NCBI GenBank assembly: GCA_965203965.1
Contig: CBDBDR010000017.1
Coordinates: 378,801-442,800 of the forward strand
Source of the DNA: Thermodesulfobacteriota bacterium
GTDB lineage: Bacteria; Desulfobacterota_D; UBA1144; Nemesobacterales; JAJCZQ01
Reading direction: 5' to 3'
Length of the DNA: 64,000 nucleotides
The position numbers and the translations under genes are program-made. Numbering within the stretch: the first letter of the stretch is position 1; every line of letters begins with the position of its first letter. The notes beneath the pieces were generated by a model, which saw only the letters and a program-made list of their open reading frames with translations, was not told where the DNA came from and did no database searches. This document shows, piece by piece, positions 1 to 14,838 of this stretch.

Positions 1-4556
<4,556 letters not shown>

Positions 4557-4618
4557 GTTTAATAGCTTTTTTGTTGCTGTTAGTGCAAGATGTTAAAAGA
4601 CTTCCTTAATTATTCGCA

Positions 4619-5080
4619 ATGGAAAGAATTGCAAGCATATTGGACAAAATTGCTTCTCTGATACCGGGTTATATAGGTTATGCAGAAAGACAGGGAAGAA
4701 GAACGTGCGATAAAAAATTAAGAGACTCAATTGTTTCTAAAATAAACCTGATTGAAAATGAGATTCAGGCAAAAATAAACAGCGCTATCTCCAGTAGAGA
4801 TACTCATTCAATGAATGCCTTGGATGCCTGTAGGAAGAGGCTGAACACTTTAAAATCTAAAATAGAATACGCTTCCTATGGGGAAACCAGTTTATTTTCC
4901 GACAAGCAGATAAAAGAAAATGAACTGCGGGAAGTTTACATCTTTGATCTTGAACTATCAGAATGTACAAATACGTTCGTCAATAGTGTTAGTAATGCCA
5001 ACCTTGAATATATCACTCAAGTGATTTCGGAAATTGAAAGCATTTTTGAAAAACGTTCACAATACTTGAGGCAATTTTAA
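4619..5080 (+). CDS. hypothetical alpha-helical protein
   Basis: 153-aa ORF, IPGYxGY...RRxxDKKLR N-terminus, helical composition; 2 bp before the SPFH gene. Confidence 0.7.
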   Translation: MERIASILDKIASLIPGYIGYAERQGRRTCDKKLRDSIVSKINLIENEIQAKINSAISSRDTHSMNALDACRKRLNTLKSKIEYASYGETSLFSDKQIKENELREVYIFDLELSECTNTFVNSVSNANLEYITQVISEIESIFEKRSQYLRQF

Positions 5081-5082
5081 CC

Positions 5083-6066
5083 ATGCCAGAACTAATGGAA
5101 GTCATAGAGTTTCTTGATAATCATGGAAATACAATGGTTAAAAGATTGCCAGAAGCTAAAGGTACAGAAATTAAATGGGGTGCCCAGCTAACGGTACGTG
5201 AAAGTCAGAAAGCCATCTTTTTCAGGGATGGACAATCATTAGACGTGTTTGGTACTGGTAGGCATATTCTGCAAACGCAAAACATACCACTTCTAACCAA
5301 AATGGTAACGTCGCTTGGTTATGGTTCGGATTCACCTTTCAGAGCGGAAGTATATTTTTTAAATATGAAATTGTTTCCCAATCTGAAATGGGGAACAAAA
5401 GAGCCTATATTGTTCAGAGATACCGAACTGAAAATGATTCGGTTAAGAAGTTATGGAAGTTTTTCTATTCAGATCCAAGAACCCACCTTATTCCTGAATA
5501 AAGTTGTTGGCACACAAAGACTATATATAGACAAAGATATATCCGATTATCTGAAATCTATCATTGTATCCAAGTTGACGACAATTTTAGGAAATGAACT
5601 TAATTCAGTCTTTGAGTTGCCATCAAATTTTGACAATCTGTCCATAATAGCAAGAAATGCTTTAAAAATTGATTTTGAAGGATTGGGTTTATCCATCCAT
5701 GATTTTTATATCAACTCAATTTCCGTTCCTGTAGAAGTTCAAAAAATGATTGATACACGTTCCAGTATGTCGGTAGTTGGTAATATGAATGAGTTTATGA
5801 AATATCAAACGGCCGTTTCGCTGGAGAAAGCTTCAGAAAATCCAGCTGGAGGAGCAAGTGAAGGTGTTGGCGTGGGAGCTGGTATTGGCATGGGTTTTAT
5901 GATGCCTCAGTTCATTCAACAAGCTATGCAATTAGGATCAGGAAGCCAAAACGATAAAGAAGATGCATTTGAAAAAATAAAGAAATTGAAAGAACTCCTT
6001 GATATGGGAGCTATTTCAAAAGAAGAATTTGAAGAAACTAAAAAGAAAATTTTAGGAAGTATGTAA
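5083..6066 (+). CDS. SPFH/Band-7 (YdjI-like) protein with C-terminal SHOCT domain
   Basis: QLTVRESQxAIFFRDG, KWGT, LRSYGSFSI motifs; Gly-rich GVGVGAGIGMG linker; KIKKLKELLDMGAISKEEFEETKKKIL is a typical SHOCT signature. Confidence 0.85.
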   Translation: MPELMEVIEFLDNHGNTMVKRLPEAKGTEIKWGAQLTVRESQKAIFFRDGQSLDVFGTGRHILQTQNIPLLTKMVTSLGYGSDSPFRAEVYFLNMKLFPNLKWGTKEPILFRDTELKMIRLRSYGSFSIQIQEPTLFLNKVVGTQRLYIDKDISDYLKSIIVSKLTTILGNELNSVFELPSNFDNLSIIARNALKIDFEGLGLSIHDFYINSISVPVEVQKMIDTRSSMSVVGNMNEFMKYQTAVSLEKASENPAGGASEGVGVGAGIGMGFMMPQFIQQAMQLGSGSQNDKEDAFEKIKKLKELLDMGAISKEEFEETKKKILGSM

Positions 6067-6069
6067 AGA

Positions 6070-6417
6070 ATGAATGATGCAAGGAACATAGCAATCGGTG
6101 TAGTTGCAGCTTTGTTGTTTGCGGGAATAATCGTTTATGCCTTTGAGACAAGCGCTTCGTTTATACAAGTGCTGATTGGTTTTATTTTATTTATTTTCCC
6201 CGCAACTTTTATTTCTTCATTTAAAGGTAAAATTTCTTCTTTCATATTGACTTTATTTATTGTTTTATTCAGCTACATAGTTTTCAAAAACTCTTACCAT
6301 GATGTCTGGCTGGGTTTACTTCTGGCGATAATAACAGGTGGTTCGGCATTTTACTTCAAGGTTAGAATATACAAACCATTTTCACGGAGTAAATATGAAG
6401 AAGGATCTAAAAAATAA
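6070..6417 (+). CDS. small integral membrane protein (about 4 TM helices)
   Basis: Four hydrophobic segments in 115 aa, basic C-tail; 3 bp after the SPFH gene. Confidence 0.75.
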   Translation: MNDARNIAIGVVAALLFAGIIVYAFETSASFIQVLIGFILFIFPATFISSFKGKISSFILTLFIVLFSYIVFKNSYHDVWLGLLLAIITGGSAFYFKVRIYKPFSRSKYEEGSKK

Positions 6418-6424
6418 TAAAATC

Positions 6425-6886
6425 ATGCACGACAAAGAGATATTATATTTTACTGATGCACTAAAATTAGTTAAGCAAGAATTTTACATTGATGCAATTC
6501 ACAAGTTGGAAATGCTGGTTGACGAATTTCCACAAAGCGATCTTGCAGATGATGCTTATTACAACATGGGAATGTGTTATTTTTATATAAATCAGCCAAA
6601 AGATGCAATTGAATCATTTGAAAATGTAATTGCCAGTTATCCAGATGCCACTATCACTGAATTAGAGTCTGAGAAAGAATTTGGAAAAACTGCTGCAAAA
6701 GCATATTACGGTATGGTGAACTGTTATCTTGGTTCTAATAATTTGGAGGAAGCTGAAAAGATAGTTGACTTGTTAAAGCCATACAATGAGAACAGCTATA
6801 TTGTTGTTGAAAGTAAGAGGACGACTTATGAAAGTTTGGCAAAGCAAGCCATTTCAAAATACAGGGAATTGTTGGGGATCAAATAA
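6425..6886 (+). CDS. TPR protein (CpoB/BamD-like repeats, no signal peptide)
   Basis: FPQSDLADDAYYNMGMCY, AIESFENVIASYPD repeats; ATG at 6425 chosen to avoid overlap with the upstream gene (ORF track starts 6338). Confidence 0.75.
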   Translation: MHDKEILYFTDALKLVKQEFYIDAIHKLEMLVDEFPQSDLADDAYYNMGMCYFYINQPKDAIESFENVIASYPDATITELESEKEFGKTAAKAYYGMVNCYLGSNNLEEAEKIVDLLKPYNENSYIVVESKRTTYESLAKQAISKYRELLGIK

Positions 6887-6905
6887 AAACTGAAAAGATA
6901 CAATT

Positions 6906-7907
6906 ATGGAGTTAAAAGCAGCACAATGTCCAAATTGTGGTGGTGAACTACAACTACCAGACAACAAAGATAAAGTAGTTTGCATGTATTGTGATACTTC
7001 AATTGTGGTAAGGCAGGCAATTGAGAAAAAACAGGTATCAGCTGGCAGTATTGGTTCATGGCTTGAAATTGCCCACACTGCTGAAGCAGGTGGTAATTTT
7101 GAAGAAGCAATTAAATACTACAACAAAATATTAGAGGTGGATCCTAAGCACGCAGAAGCATGGCTTCGCAAAGGTGTTTGTATTACTGGTATGTTTACAA
7201 TTGATAAATTGAAAGAATCATTACCTTGTTTTGTAAACGCTGTTAAATATGCCAATGACCAAAAGAAAAAAGAAGTCGCTGCTCTTCTTAATTCAACATC
7301 CATGAAGGCTTATGACTTTTGTAGAGATGGTTATGAAGATGATATCTATGGTATAGAATGCTGTTTAAATATACTAAAACTTGCTACTGAATCTGATAAT
7401 CAAGAATTATATTTGAATAATGCTTTTGTGATTTTACAAAACGAGCGTTCCAGTCAGATACCCAATTATGATACTTACAAAGAATATTTTATTAAGAAAA
7501 AGAAAGAATTGGACCCTGATTGGGAAGAAAAAGTAAATCGCGCCCTTTATAACAAAGAAGGGTGTTTCATTCAGTGTTTGCTGGGAAAGCTGGGATTGGT
7601 GCCTGATTGGGAAGAAAAAAAAGAAGGGTGTTTCATTGCCACTGCAACGACAGGAGATCATAATCACCCTATTGTTATGGATTTGCGATTGTTCCGAGAC
7701 CAGTGGCTTGTTGAAAGAAGTTGGGGAAGAGAGTTTATCTCGTTTTATTATAGATATTCACCTTATTGGGCAAAAGTAATAGAGAAGAGCAATCTCTTAA
7801 AAAACATAAGCTACTTTTTTATTATCAAGCCACTCTACATTTTCATAAAACTTTTCAGAATTTACAAAAAACAAATTAAAATGACCGAAAAGAATAATTT
7901 TATATAA
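6906..7907 (+). CDS. Zn-ribbon + TPR protein with C-terminal CFI-box-CTERM-like domain
   Basis: CPNCGG...CMYC at N-terminus; TPR (EEAIKYYNKILEVDPKHAEAWLRKG); GCFIATA...LRLFRD...GREFISFYYRYSP followed by hydrophobic/basic tail. Confidence 0.8.
   Translation: MELKAAQCPNCGGELQLPDNKDKVVCMYCDTSIVVRQAIEKKQVSAGSIGSWLEIAHTAEAGGNFEEAIKYYNKILEVDPKHAEAWLRKGVCITGMFTIDKLKESLPCFVNAVKYANDQKKKEVAALLNSTSMKAYDFCRDGYEDDIYGIECCLNILKLATESDNQELYLNNAFVILQNERSSQIPNYDTYKEYFIKKKKELDPDWEEKVNRALYNKEGCFIQCLLGKLGLVPDWEEKKEGCFIATATTGDHNHPIVMDLRLFRDQWLVERSWGREFISFYYRYSPYWAKVIEKSNLLKNISYFFIIKPLYIFIKLFRIYKKQIKMTEKNNFI
7515..7637 (+). repeat. internal in-frame duplication within the CFI-box gene
   Basis: CCTGATTGGGAAGAAAAA at 7515-7532 and 7602-7619; AAAGAAGGGTGTTTCATT at 7554-7571 and 7620-7637. 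Confidence 0.85.
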
Positions 7908-7943
7908 AAACTATATATAAAAATTATTTCATGGAGGTATTTA

Positions 7944-8282
7944 ATGACACAATTTATTGAAAAATTTAAATGGTATGAAGAGGAAAAAACTGCTGAGGAA
8001 TGGCGAGAAGAAGCTGAAAGGGGAGATTCTTGTGCTCAAAATAATTTTGGATTTATATGTCTCATAAAGCAATGCTATGAAGCTGCTTTTGAATGGTTTA
8101 CCAAATCTGCTAATCAAAGATGTGCCAGCGGGCAGTATCATCTCGGATGGATGTATTTAAATGGTAAAGGTACAAAGAAAGATGAAGGTATTGGTATGTA
8201 TTGGATGCATGAAGCAGCCGAGCAAGGATTTCTTGAGGCAAAGAAATACTGCGTGAATTACAATACTCGGAAATACGTTTAA
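7944..8282 (+). CDS. Sel1-like repeat protein
   Basis: AQNNFG...AFEWFTKSANQ and GQYHLGWMYLNGKGTKKD...WMHEAAEQG; GGAGG RBS upstream. Confidence 0.85.
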   Translation: MTQFIEKFKWYEEEKTAEEWREEAERGDSCAQNNFGFICLIKQCYEAAFEWFTKSANQRCASGQYHLGWMYLNGKGTKKDEGIGMYWMHEAAEQGFLEAKKYCVNYNTRKYV

Positions 8283-8306
8283 ATGTGAGGTATAGTGAGG
8301 TATAAA

Positions 8307-8498
8307 ATGAAAAACTTCTCTTATATTTTCTCCATAATGGTCGTTTTTCTTATCTTATTGGCGTTACCCGGATGCTCGGTTCGCGAGGTACTGATGAAAC
8401 CCGTTGACGTAATTACCAAGGATGGAAACAACCCAGCCCACCTCAGTAAATCTACCGAACTAGCAATACCCGAAAATAACAATGGACAAAAGCTATAA
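8307..8498 (+). CDS. small putative lipoprotein
   Basis: MKNFSY + hydrophobic stretch + LALPGC lipobox; GAGG upstream; overlaps valS start. Confidence 0.5.
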   Translation: MKNFSYIFSIMVVFLILLALPGCSVREVLMKPVDVITKDGNNPAHLSKSTELAIPENNNGQKL

Positions 8499-11157
8499 TC
8501 CCTCGGCGATAGAAGATAAGAATTACCGTCTGTGGATAGACAGAAAATACTATAAATCTGGTGCAGATGGTAATAAAGAGCCTTTTTCGATAGTTATTCC
8601 TCCTCCCAACGTAACCGGTTCGCTCCACATAGGCCACGCGCTTAACAACATCCTTCAAGACATACTCATTAGATATAAAAAAATGTCCGATTTTGATGTT
8701 CTTTGGGTTCCCGGTATGGATCACGCGGGAATTGCAACGCAAATGGTCGTGGAAAGAGAGTTGGTAAAAGAGAATACAAGCAGAAAATCTTTGGGTCGTG
8801 AGCAATTTGTGGAAAGGGTATGGGAATGGAAGGAAAACTCTGGGGGACAGATAATACATCAGCTTAAAAAGCTCGGAGTATTACCTGATTGGGATAAGGA
8901 AAGGTTTACTCTTGATGAAGGGCTTTCCAATGCGGTTATAAAAGTTTTTGTTGATCTTTACAAGGAAAACCTCATTTACAGAGACAAAAGGCTTGTGAAC
9001 TGGGATCCTAAATTAGGCACGGCAATATCAGATTTGGAAGTTCAGCAGCGAGAAGAGCAGGGTAGTTACTGGTATATCAAATATCCCCTTGTAGATGAAA
9101 AGGATGGATACATAGTAGTGGCGACTACCAGACCCGAAACTATGCTCGGAGACACTGCAGTAGCTGTGCATCCTGATGATGAGAGGTATAAACATCTAAT
9201 AGGTAAACAGGTAATGCTGCCACTTGTAAACAGAAAAATTCCAGTTGTTGCAGATACATACAGTGATCCGAACAAAGGTACTGGAGCCGTTAAAATTACT
9301 CCTGCACATGATTTTAACGATTTTGAAGTGGGAAAAAGAAATGACCTAAAAATGATCAATATTTTTGATGCAACTGCAAGGTTGAACGATAAAGTTCCAA
9401 GTCAATACACCGGGTTGGACAGGTATGAAGCAAGAGAGAAAATAGTTAGTGATTTAACCAACCTAAACTTGATAATTAAAATTGAAGATACGGTTCACAC
9501 AGTTCCATACGGTGACAGATCAGAAGTGGTGATTGAACCTTGGCTTACGGATCAATGGTATGTAGATGCAAGTGAATTAGCCGTAAATGCGATTAAGGTT
9601 GTTAAAGATGGTGAAATAAATTTTTATCCGAAATACTGGGAAAATACATATTTTGAATGGATGAGCAATATTGAACCATGGTGTATATCAAGGCAGTTAT
9701 GGTGGGGGCATAGAATACCTGCATGGTATGGAGACGATGGAACAGTATTTGTGGAATACTCCGAAGCAGAAGCAATAAAATCGGCTGAAAAGCACTATGG
9801 AAAGAAAGTGAAATTAGAGAGGGATAAAGACGTTTTGGATACTTGGTTTTCTTCTGGATTATGGCCCTTTTCCACACTGGGTTGGCCCCAAAAGACAGAT
9901 GATCTTAAAAGATACTACCCGACTTCATGCCTTGTAACTGGGTTTGATATTATATTTTTCTGGGTTGCAAGGATGATAATGATGGGTCTGAAATGCATGA
10001 AAGAAATTCCCTTCAGTGATGTCTATATACATGGATTGATAAGGGATGAAAAAGGTCAAAAGATGAGTAAAACCAAAGGTAATGCAATAGACCCGGTGGA
10101 AGTTATAGATAAGTATGGTGCGGATTCAATCAGATTCAGCCTTACAGCTTTAGCTTCACAAGGAAATGACATAAAACTCTCAATCCCCGTCATAGAAGGA
10201 TATAGAAATTTTATGAATAAAATCTGGAACGCAACCAGATTTGTTATGCTTAATCTTGATGCTGAACAGAGTTATAATACAAATTTAGACACAAGTTGTC
10301 TTAAGAATATAGACAAGTGGATATTATCTAAACTTAATAACACCGTAAAAGAAGTTCAGTTGTATTACTCAAACTATGAATATGACAAAATAACCCATAC
10401 CATCTATCATTTTATAAAGAATGAATATTGTGATTGGTATATTGAGTTTTCAAAACAGTATTTAAATAGCAATAACCCACAGGAAAAGAAGAATACTCAG
10501 ACAGTTTTGTTAAAAGTTTTATGTGATTCAATTAAACTTCTACACCCAATATCCCCATTTATCACCGAAGAGTTATATCAATTATTAAAGAGCTATGAGA
10601 TAAAACCACCCCTTAAAGACAGCATTTTGATTGATGAATATCCTGTCTATGTGGATAGTCAGTTGTTTGAAAATGAACACGGAGAGATTGAATACATAAA
10701 AGAAGTAGTTGTAAGCATAAGAAATCTGAGAGCAAATATTGGAGTGCATCCTTCAAAGATGGCAAATATAAAGTTTCACCCAGATAATGACAGAAGCAGA
10801 GAGATCATAAGTAGTAATATGGAGATTATTAAAAACCAGGCAAAAGTAAAAGCAGATGGATTCCTGAAATCTGAAAACGAGATTGCAAAGTCGGTCAGTG
10901 CGTTTATAGCTGGGCTTGAGATATATCTTTGTGTTGAAGATTTAATAGATATAAATGAAGAAACAAAAAGATTGAAAAAAGATCTGGAAAAGCTAAAAGC
11001 GAGAATTGACAGAACATCTGCAAAACTGGCAAGTAAGGAATTTTTGAATAAAGCCCCCGAAGACGTGAGAGAAAAAGAAAAGAAAAAGTTTGAAGAATAC
11101 AATTTTCAGATCAGTAAGATCGAAGATACTTTGAAAAAATTTGAGAAGATCAGTTAG
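8482..11157 (+). CDS. valS: valine--tRNA ligase
   Basis: PPPNVTGSLHIGH, KMSKT, WCISRQLWWGH, C-terminal coiled-coil arm. Confidence 0.98.
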   Translation: MDKSYNPSAIEDKNYRLWIDRKYYKSGADGNKEPFSIVIPPPNVTGSLHIGHALNNILQDILIRYKKMSDFDVLWVPGMDHAGIATQMVVERELVKENTSRKSLGREQFVERVWEWKENSGGQIIHQLKKLGVLPDWDKERFTLDEGLSNAVIKVFVDLYKENLIYRDKRLVNWDPKLGTAISDLEVQQREEQGSYWYIKYPLVDEKDGYIVVATTRPETMLGDTAVAVHPDDERYKHLIGKQVMLPLVNRKIPVVADTYSDPNKGTGAVKITPAHDFNDFEVGKRNDLKMINIFDATARLNDKVPSQYTGLDRYEAREKIVSDLTNLNLIIKIEDTVHTVPYGDRSEVVIEPWLTDQWYVDASELAVNAIKVVKDGEINFYPKYWENTYFEWMSNIEPWCISRQLWWGHRIPAWYGDDGTVFVEYSEAEAIKSAEKHYGKKVKLERDKDVLDTWFSSGLWPFSTLGWPQKTDDLKRYYPTSCLVTGFDIIFFWVARMIMMGLKCMKEIPFSDVYIHGLIRDEKGQKMSKTKGNAIDPVEVIDKYGADSIRFSLTALASQGNDIKLSIPVIEGYRNFMNKIWNATRFVMLNLDAEQSYNTNLDTSCLKNIDKWILSKLNNTVKEVQLYYSNYEYDKITHTIYHFIKNEYCDWYIEFSKQYLNSNNPQEKKNTQTVLLKVLCDSIKLLHPISPFITEELYQLLKSYEIKPPLKDSILIDEYPVYVDSQLFENEHGEIEYIKEVVVSIRNLRANIGVHPSKMANIKFHPDNDRSREIISSNMEIIKNQAKVKADGFLKSENEIAKSVSAFIAGLEIYLCVEDLIDINEETKRLKKDLEKLKARIDRTSAKLASKEFLNKAPEDVREKEKKKFEEYNFQISKIEDTLKKFEKIS

Positions 11158-12575
11158 CAGTCTTGCTTGTAAAAAAGATCACGTTGGGCTAAATTCAGCC
11201 GTGCATCGGTCAATTCTACCATATATCTACCCGTGAAACAGGCATTACAGTAGGATTTATCTTTTTCACTATTATTTTCAACTACTTTTCTCATCCCTTC
11301 AATACTCAAGTAGCCAATAGAATCAGACATTATGTAGTGATTTATTTCTTCAATGTTCAAAGAGTTTGCAATTAGTTCTTCCTTGGAGGGTGTATCAATA
11401 CCATAATAGCATGGATACCTCATTGGTGGAGAGCTAATTCTCATGTGTACCTCTTTGGCTCCCGCATCTTTTATCATTTTGACGATCTTTCTGCTTGTAG
11501 TCCCTCTTACAATTGAATCATCAATCACCACAACTTTTTTGCCATTGATCACTTCTTTAACTGCACTGAGTTTCAGTTTTACTCCAAAATCCCGTATTGA
11601 CTGTTGTGGTTCAATAAAAGTCCTTCCTACATAATGGCTTCTCAAAAGCCCCATCTCTATTGGTACATTCAGTTGTTCTGCAAACCCGATGGCAGCTGGT
11701 GCCCCTGAATCAGGAACGGCAATAACAAGGTCTGCATCCACTGGATGCTCAATAGCAAGTTGTCTGCCAAGTTTCTTTCTTACCATGTAAACGTTCTTAT
11801 TAGTAAAAAAACTGTCAGGTCGTGCAAAATAGATCAATTCAAAAACACACGGAGCAGGTTCTACTTCCAGAAAAGGTTTGTAAGATTTAATATCCTCTTC
11901 CTCAATCTCCAATATTTCACCAGGTTCCACTTCTCTTATATATTCCGCTCCAATCAGTTCAAATGCGCAAGTTTCCGATGAAACAACGTAACTCTTGTTT
12001 AATTTTCCAAGCACGAGGGGTCTGAATCCTCTCGGATCTCTTGCGGCGATCATCTTATCTGGTGTAAGAAATAATAAAGAGTATGCACCTTTGCATTCTT
12101 TCAAAGCGGATATTATACGATCTACTATTTTTTCCTCTTTAGATTTGGCAATAAGATGTATTATTACCTCCGTGTCTGTGGTGGATTGAAATATAGAACC
12201 CCGTTTTTCCAATTCTTTCCTTAAAGTTATTGCATTTGTGAGGTTGCCATTGTGGGATATAGCGAGTTCCCCTTTTTCATAAGCCACCGTTATCGGTTGG
12301 GTGTTTTTATTATCGTTTATTCCGGTCGTTGAATATCTGACGTGACCTATTGCACTCTTACCCGTGAGTTTGGTGTTGATGACCTCTTTGGAAAAAATAT
12401 CTGTAACAAGTCCCAGAGCCCTGTGAGAGTGCAACTTATAATCATCGGCAGTTACAATCCCTGCACCTTCTTGTCCCCTGTGCTGCAATGAATATAACCC
12501 TAGATAGGTGAGATTTGCGGCTTCAAGATTGCCTGAAATACCAAATACACCGCATTCCTCTTTAAGCGTTGACAT
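11154..12575 (-). CDS. purF: amidophosphoribosyltransferase (propeptide / Fe-S type)
   Basis: EECGVFG N-terminus, [19 protein letters not shown] motif; Cys pattern CVFE, CYYG, CNAC. Confidence 0.97.
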   Translation of the reverse strand: MSTLKEECGVFGISGNLEAANLTYLGLYSLQHRGQEGAGIVTADDYKLHSHRALGLVTDIFSKEVINTKLTGKSAIGHVRYSTTGINDNKNTQPITVAYEKGELAISHNGNLTNAITLRKELEKRGSIFQSTTDTEVIIHLIAKSKEEKIVDRIISALKECKGAYSLLFLTPDKMIAARDPRGFRPLVLGKLNKSYVVSSETCAFELIGAEYIREVEPGEILEIEEEDIKSYKPFLEVEPAPCVFELIYFARPDSFFTNKNVYMVRKKLGRQLAIEHPVDADLVIAVPDSGAPAAIGFAEQLNVPIEMGLLRSHYVGRTFIEPQQSIRDFGVKLKLSAVKEVINGKKVVVIDDSIVRGTTSRKIVKMIKDAGAKEVHMRISSPPMRYPCYYGIDTPSKEELIANSLNIEEINHYIMSDSIGYLSIEGMRKVVENNSEKDKSYCNACFTGRYMVELTDARLNLAQRDLFYKQDC

Positions 12576-14781
12576 TATTCATACTTGCCTCAAATGAATT
12601 ATTCCATATTTCATAAGCCTTTTTGAGATTAAGGCTAAAAATATTTTTGATAATCATTTTTTCACCACCAACAAAGCCAATCGGCTCGGCGAGAATGCTG
12701 TTTTTTGAAGTAATTTTCTTCAGATCCATGAGATTTGTTTTATTCAATGAAACTACACATCTGGATTGAGATTCAGAAAAAAGCAAGACTTCATCTTTTA
12801 GTTTCAAATCGTTCACATTTTCCAAGTCAATTGTGTAGCCAAGGTTTTGATAAGGAGAAAAACAGCATTCCGCAAGTGCAACTGCCAATCCTCCCTCAGC
12901 TATATCATGTGCCGAGTTAATTATACAGCTATCAGCACACTCAATCAAAGTTGCAACCATCTTATTTTCTTTTTCCAGGTTTATCTCTGGTGATTTTCCA
13001 AAAACTTTTCCGTGCATTATTTTTTGATATTGTGAGCCGCCAATTTCATCATATATATTACCCAGCAGAACGATCATATCTCCCTCGTTTTTGAACCATT
13101 GTGTAACTGCTTTCCTGTAATTATCTATGACACCTATCATTCCAATGGTCGGTGTTGGATAGACAGATTCGTTTCCCGTCTCATTGTAAAAGCTGACATT
13201 ACCACTTACAACAGGTGTGTTTAACTTCAAGCAGGCTTCTCGTATTCCTTCTATTGCTTCACTGAATTGCCACATTATCTCTGGATTTTCTGGGTTTCCA
13301 AAATTTAAGCAATCGGTAACAGCAACAGGTTTTGCACCTGAGCATGCAATATTTCTTGCGGACTCTGCAACGGCAATCTTTGCACCTTCTAATGGGTCAA
13401 GATAGCAATACCTCGCATTGCAGTTCACAGTAATTGCAATGGCTTTATCCGTTCCCTTAATTTTTAGAAGTGCTGAATCGTTTAGAGGTTCATAAAGTGT
13501 ATTTGTTCCAACCATATAGTCATATTGCTCATAAACGTATTTTTTACTCGCAATAGTAGGTGAAGCCAGAATCTTAAAAAAAACTGTTTCAATATTTATT
13601 TCTGCAGATTTTTTCAGAGGTTCATCTTCAGCTTTTTTCAGAGGTTTTTTGAGAGGTCTTTTATAAACGGGAGCAGAGTCTGTAATTAAATCCACGGGTA
13701 ACTCTGCTGCCAATTCTCCATCATTGTATAGTTTTAACTGTTTCGTGTCGGTAACCACACCTATAATTGAAAAATCCAGTTCCCATTTTTTGAATATTGA
13801 CTTTGCAATCTCTTCCTTACCCTTATCAAGCACCATTAACATCCTTTCCTGAGATTCTGAAAGCATCAGTTCATAAGGTGTCATGTTTTGTTCACGTCTT
13901 GGCACTTTATCCATCCACAAATCAATTCCCGTTTTACTCCTTTCTGCCATCTCGGTTGAGGATGATGTTAAACCTGCTGCACCCATATCTTGAATACCAA
14001 CAACACAATCTGTTTCAAATAATTCAAGGCATGCTTCAAGCAATAACTTTTCTGTGAACGGATCTCCAACTTGTACCGCAGGACGTTTTTGATCTGATCC
14101 TTCCGAAAAATTATCAGATGCCATAATTGCACCTTGTATTCCATCTCTACCCGTTTTTGACCCCACATAAACAACTGGATTGCCAATCCCTGAAGCATAA
14201 CCTCTGAAAATTTTGTCTTTTTTTACTATTCCGAGACAGAAAACGTTCACAAGTGGATTACCGTTGTAACAGTCATCAAAATATATCTCTCCTCCCACTG
14301 TCGGTATTCCTATGCAGTTCCCATAGTTTGAAATACCGGATACGACGCCTTCAATGAGGTATTTTGTCTTTTGTAATGTGAGGTTACCAAACCTTAATGA
14401 ATCTAAAAGTGCTACAGGTCTTGCACCCATTGTAAAAATATCACGGATTATTCCTCCCACGCCGGTTGCAGCTCCCTGATATGGTTCAAGATAGGAAGGA
14501 TGGTTGTGGCTTTCCATTTTGAATACTGCGCACAAACCGTCTCCAATATCAACAACCCCTGCATTTTCTCCGGGTCCTTGTATTACTTGTTTTCCCGTTG
14601 TCGGGAGTTTTTTCAGATGAACTTTGGAGCTTTTATAAGAACAATGCTCAGACCACATCGCACCCAGTATGCCAATCTCCGTATAATTAGGTTCACGCTC
14701 CAGAGTATTAACTATCATTTCATACTCCTGCAATGATAGTCCATGATTTAATGCAAACGCGAGTTTGGATCTTTTTTCCAC
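12562..14781 (-). CDS. purL: phosphoribosylformylglycinamidine synthase subunit PurL (small type)
   Basis: [33 protein letters not shown]; GTG start. Confidence 0.97.
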   Translation of the reverse strand: MEKRSKLAFALNHGLSLQEYEMIVNTLEREPNYTEIGILGAMWSEHCSYKSSKVHLKKLPTTGKQVIQGPGENAGVVDIGDGLCAVFKMESHNHPSYLEPYQGAATGVGGIIRDIFTMGARPVALLDSLRFGNLTLQKTKYLIEGVVSGISNYGNCIGIPTVGGEIYFDDCYNGNPLVNVFCLGIVKKDKIFRGYASGIGNPVVYVGSKTGRDGIQGAIMASDNFSEGSDQKRPAVQVGDPFTEKLLLEACLELFETDCVVGIQDMGAAGLTSSSTEMAERSKTGIDLWMDKVPRREQNMTPYELMLSESQERMLMVLDKGKEEIAKSIFKKWELDFSIIGVVTDTKQLKLYNDGELAAELPVDLITDSAPVYKRPLKKPLKKAEDEPLKKSAEINIETVFFKILASPTIASKKYVYEQYDYMVGTNTLYEPLNDSALLKIKGTDKAIAITVNCNARYCYLDPLEGAKIAVAESARNIACSGAKPVAVTDCLNFGNPENPEIMWQFSEAIEGIREACLKLNTPVVSGNVSFYNETGNESVYPTPTIGMIGVIDNYRKAVTQWFKNEGDMIVLLGNIYDEIGGSQYQKIMHGKVFGKSPEINLEKENKMVATLIECADSCIINSAHDIAEGGLAVALAECCFSPYQNLGYTIDLENVNDLKLKDEVLLFSESQSRCVVSLNKTNLMDLKKITSKNSILAEPIGFVGGEKMIIKNIFSLNLKKAYEIWNNSFEASMNNVNA

Positions 14782-14838
14782 GAATTGGGTATTATACCAC
14801 TTAAAAAAGAGAAATTTATTGAGTTTATATCAACGAAA

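Noticed and set aside
4575-4595. GTTAGTGCAA as a cassette-type recombination core before the SPFH cluster
   Set aside because: Too short, and no matching inverse core found at the ends of those genes
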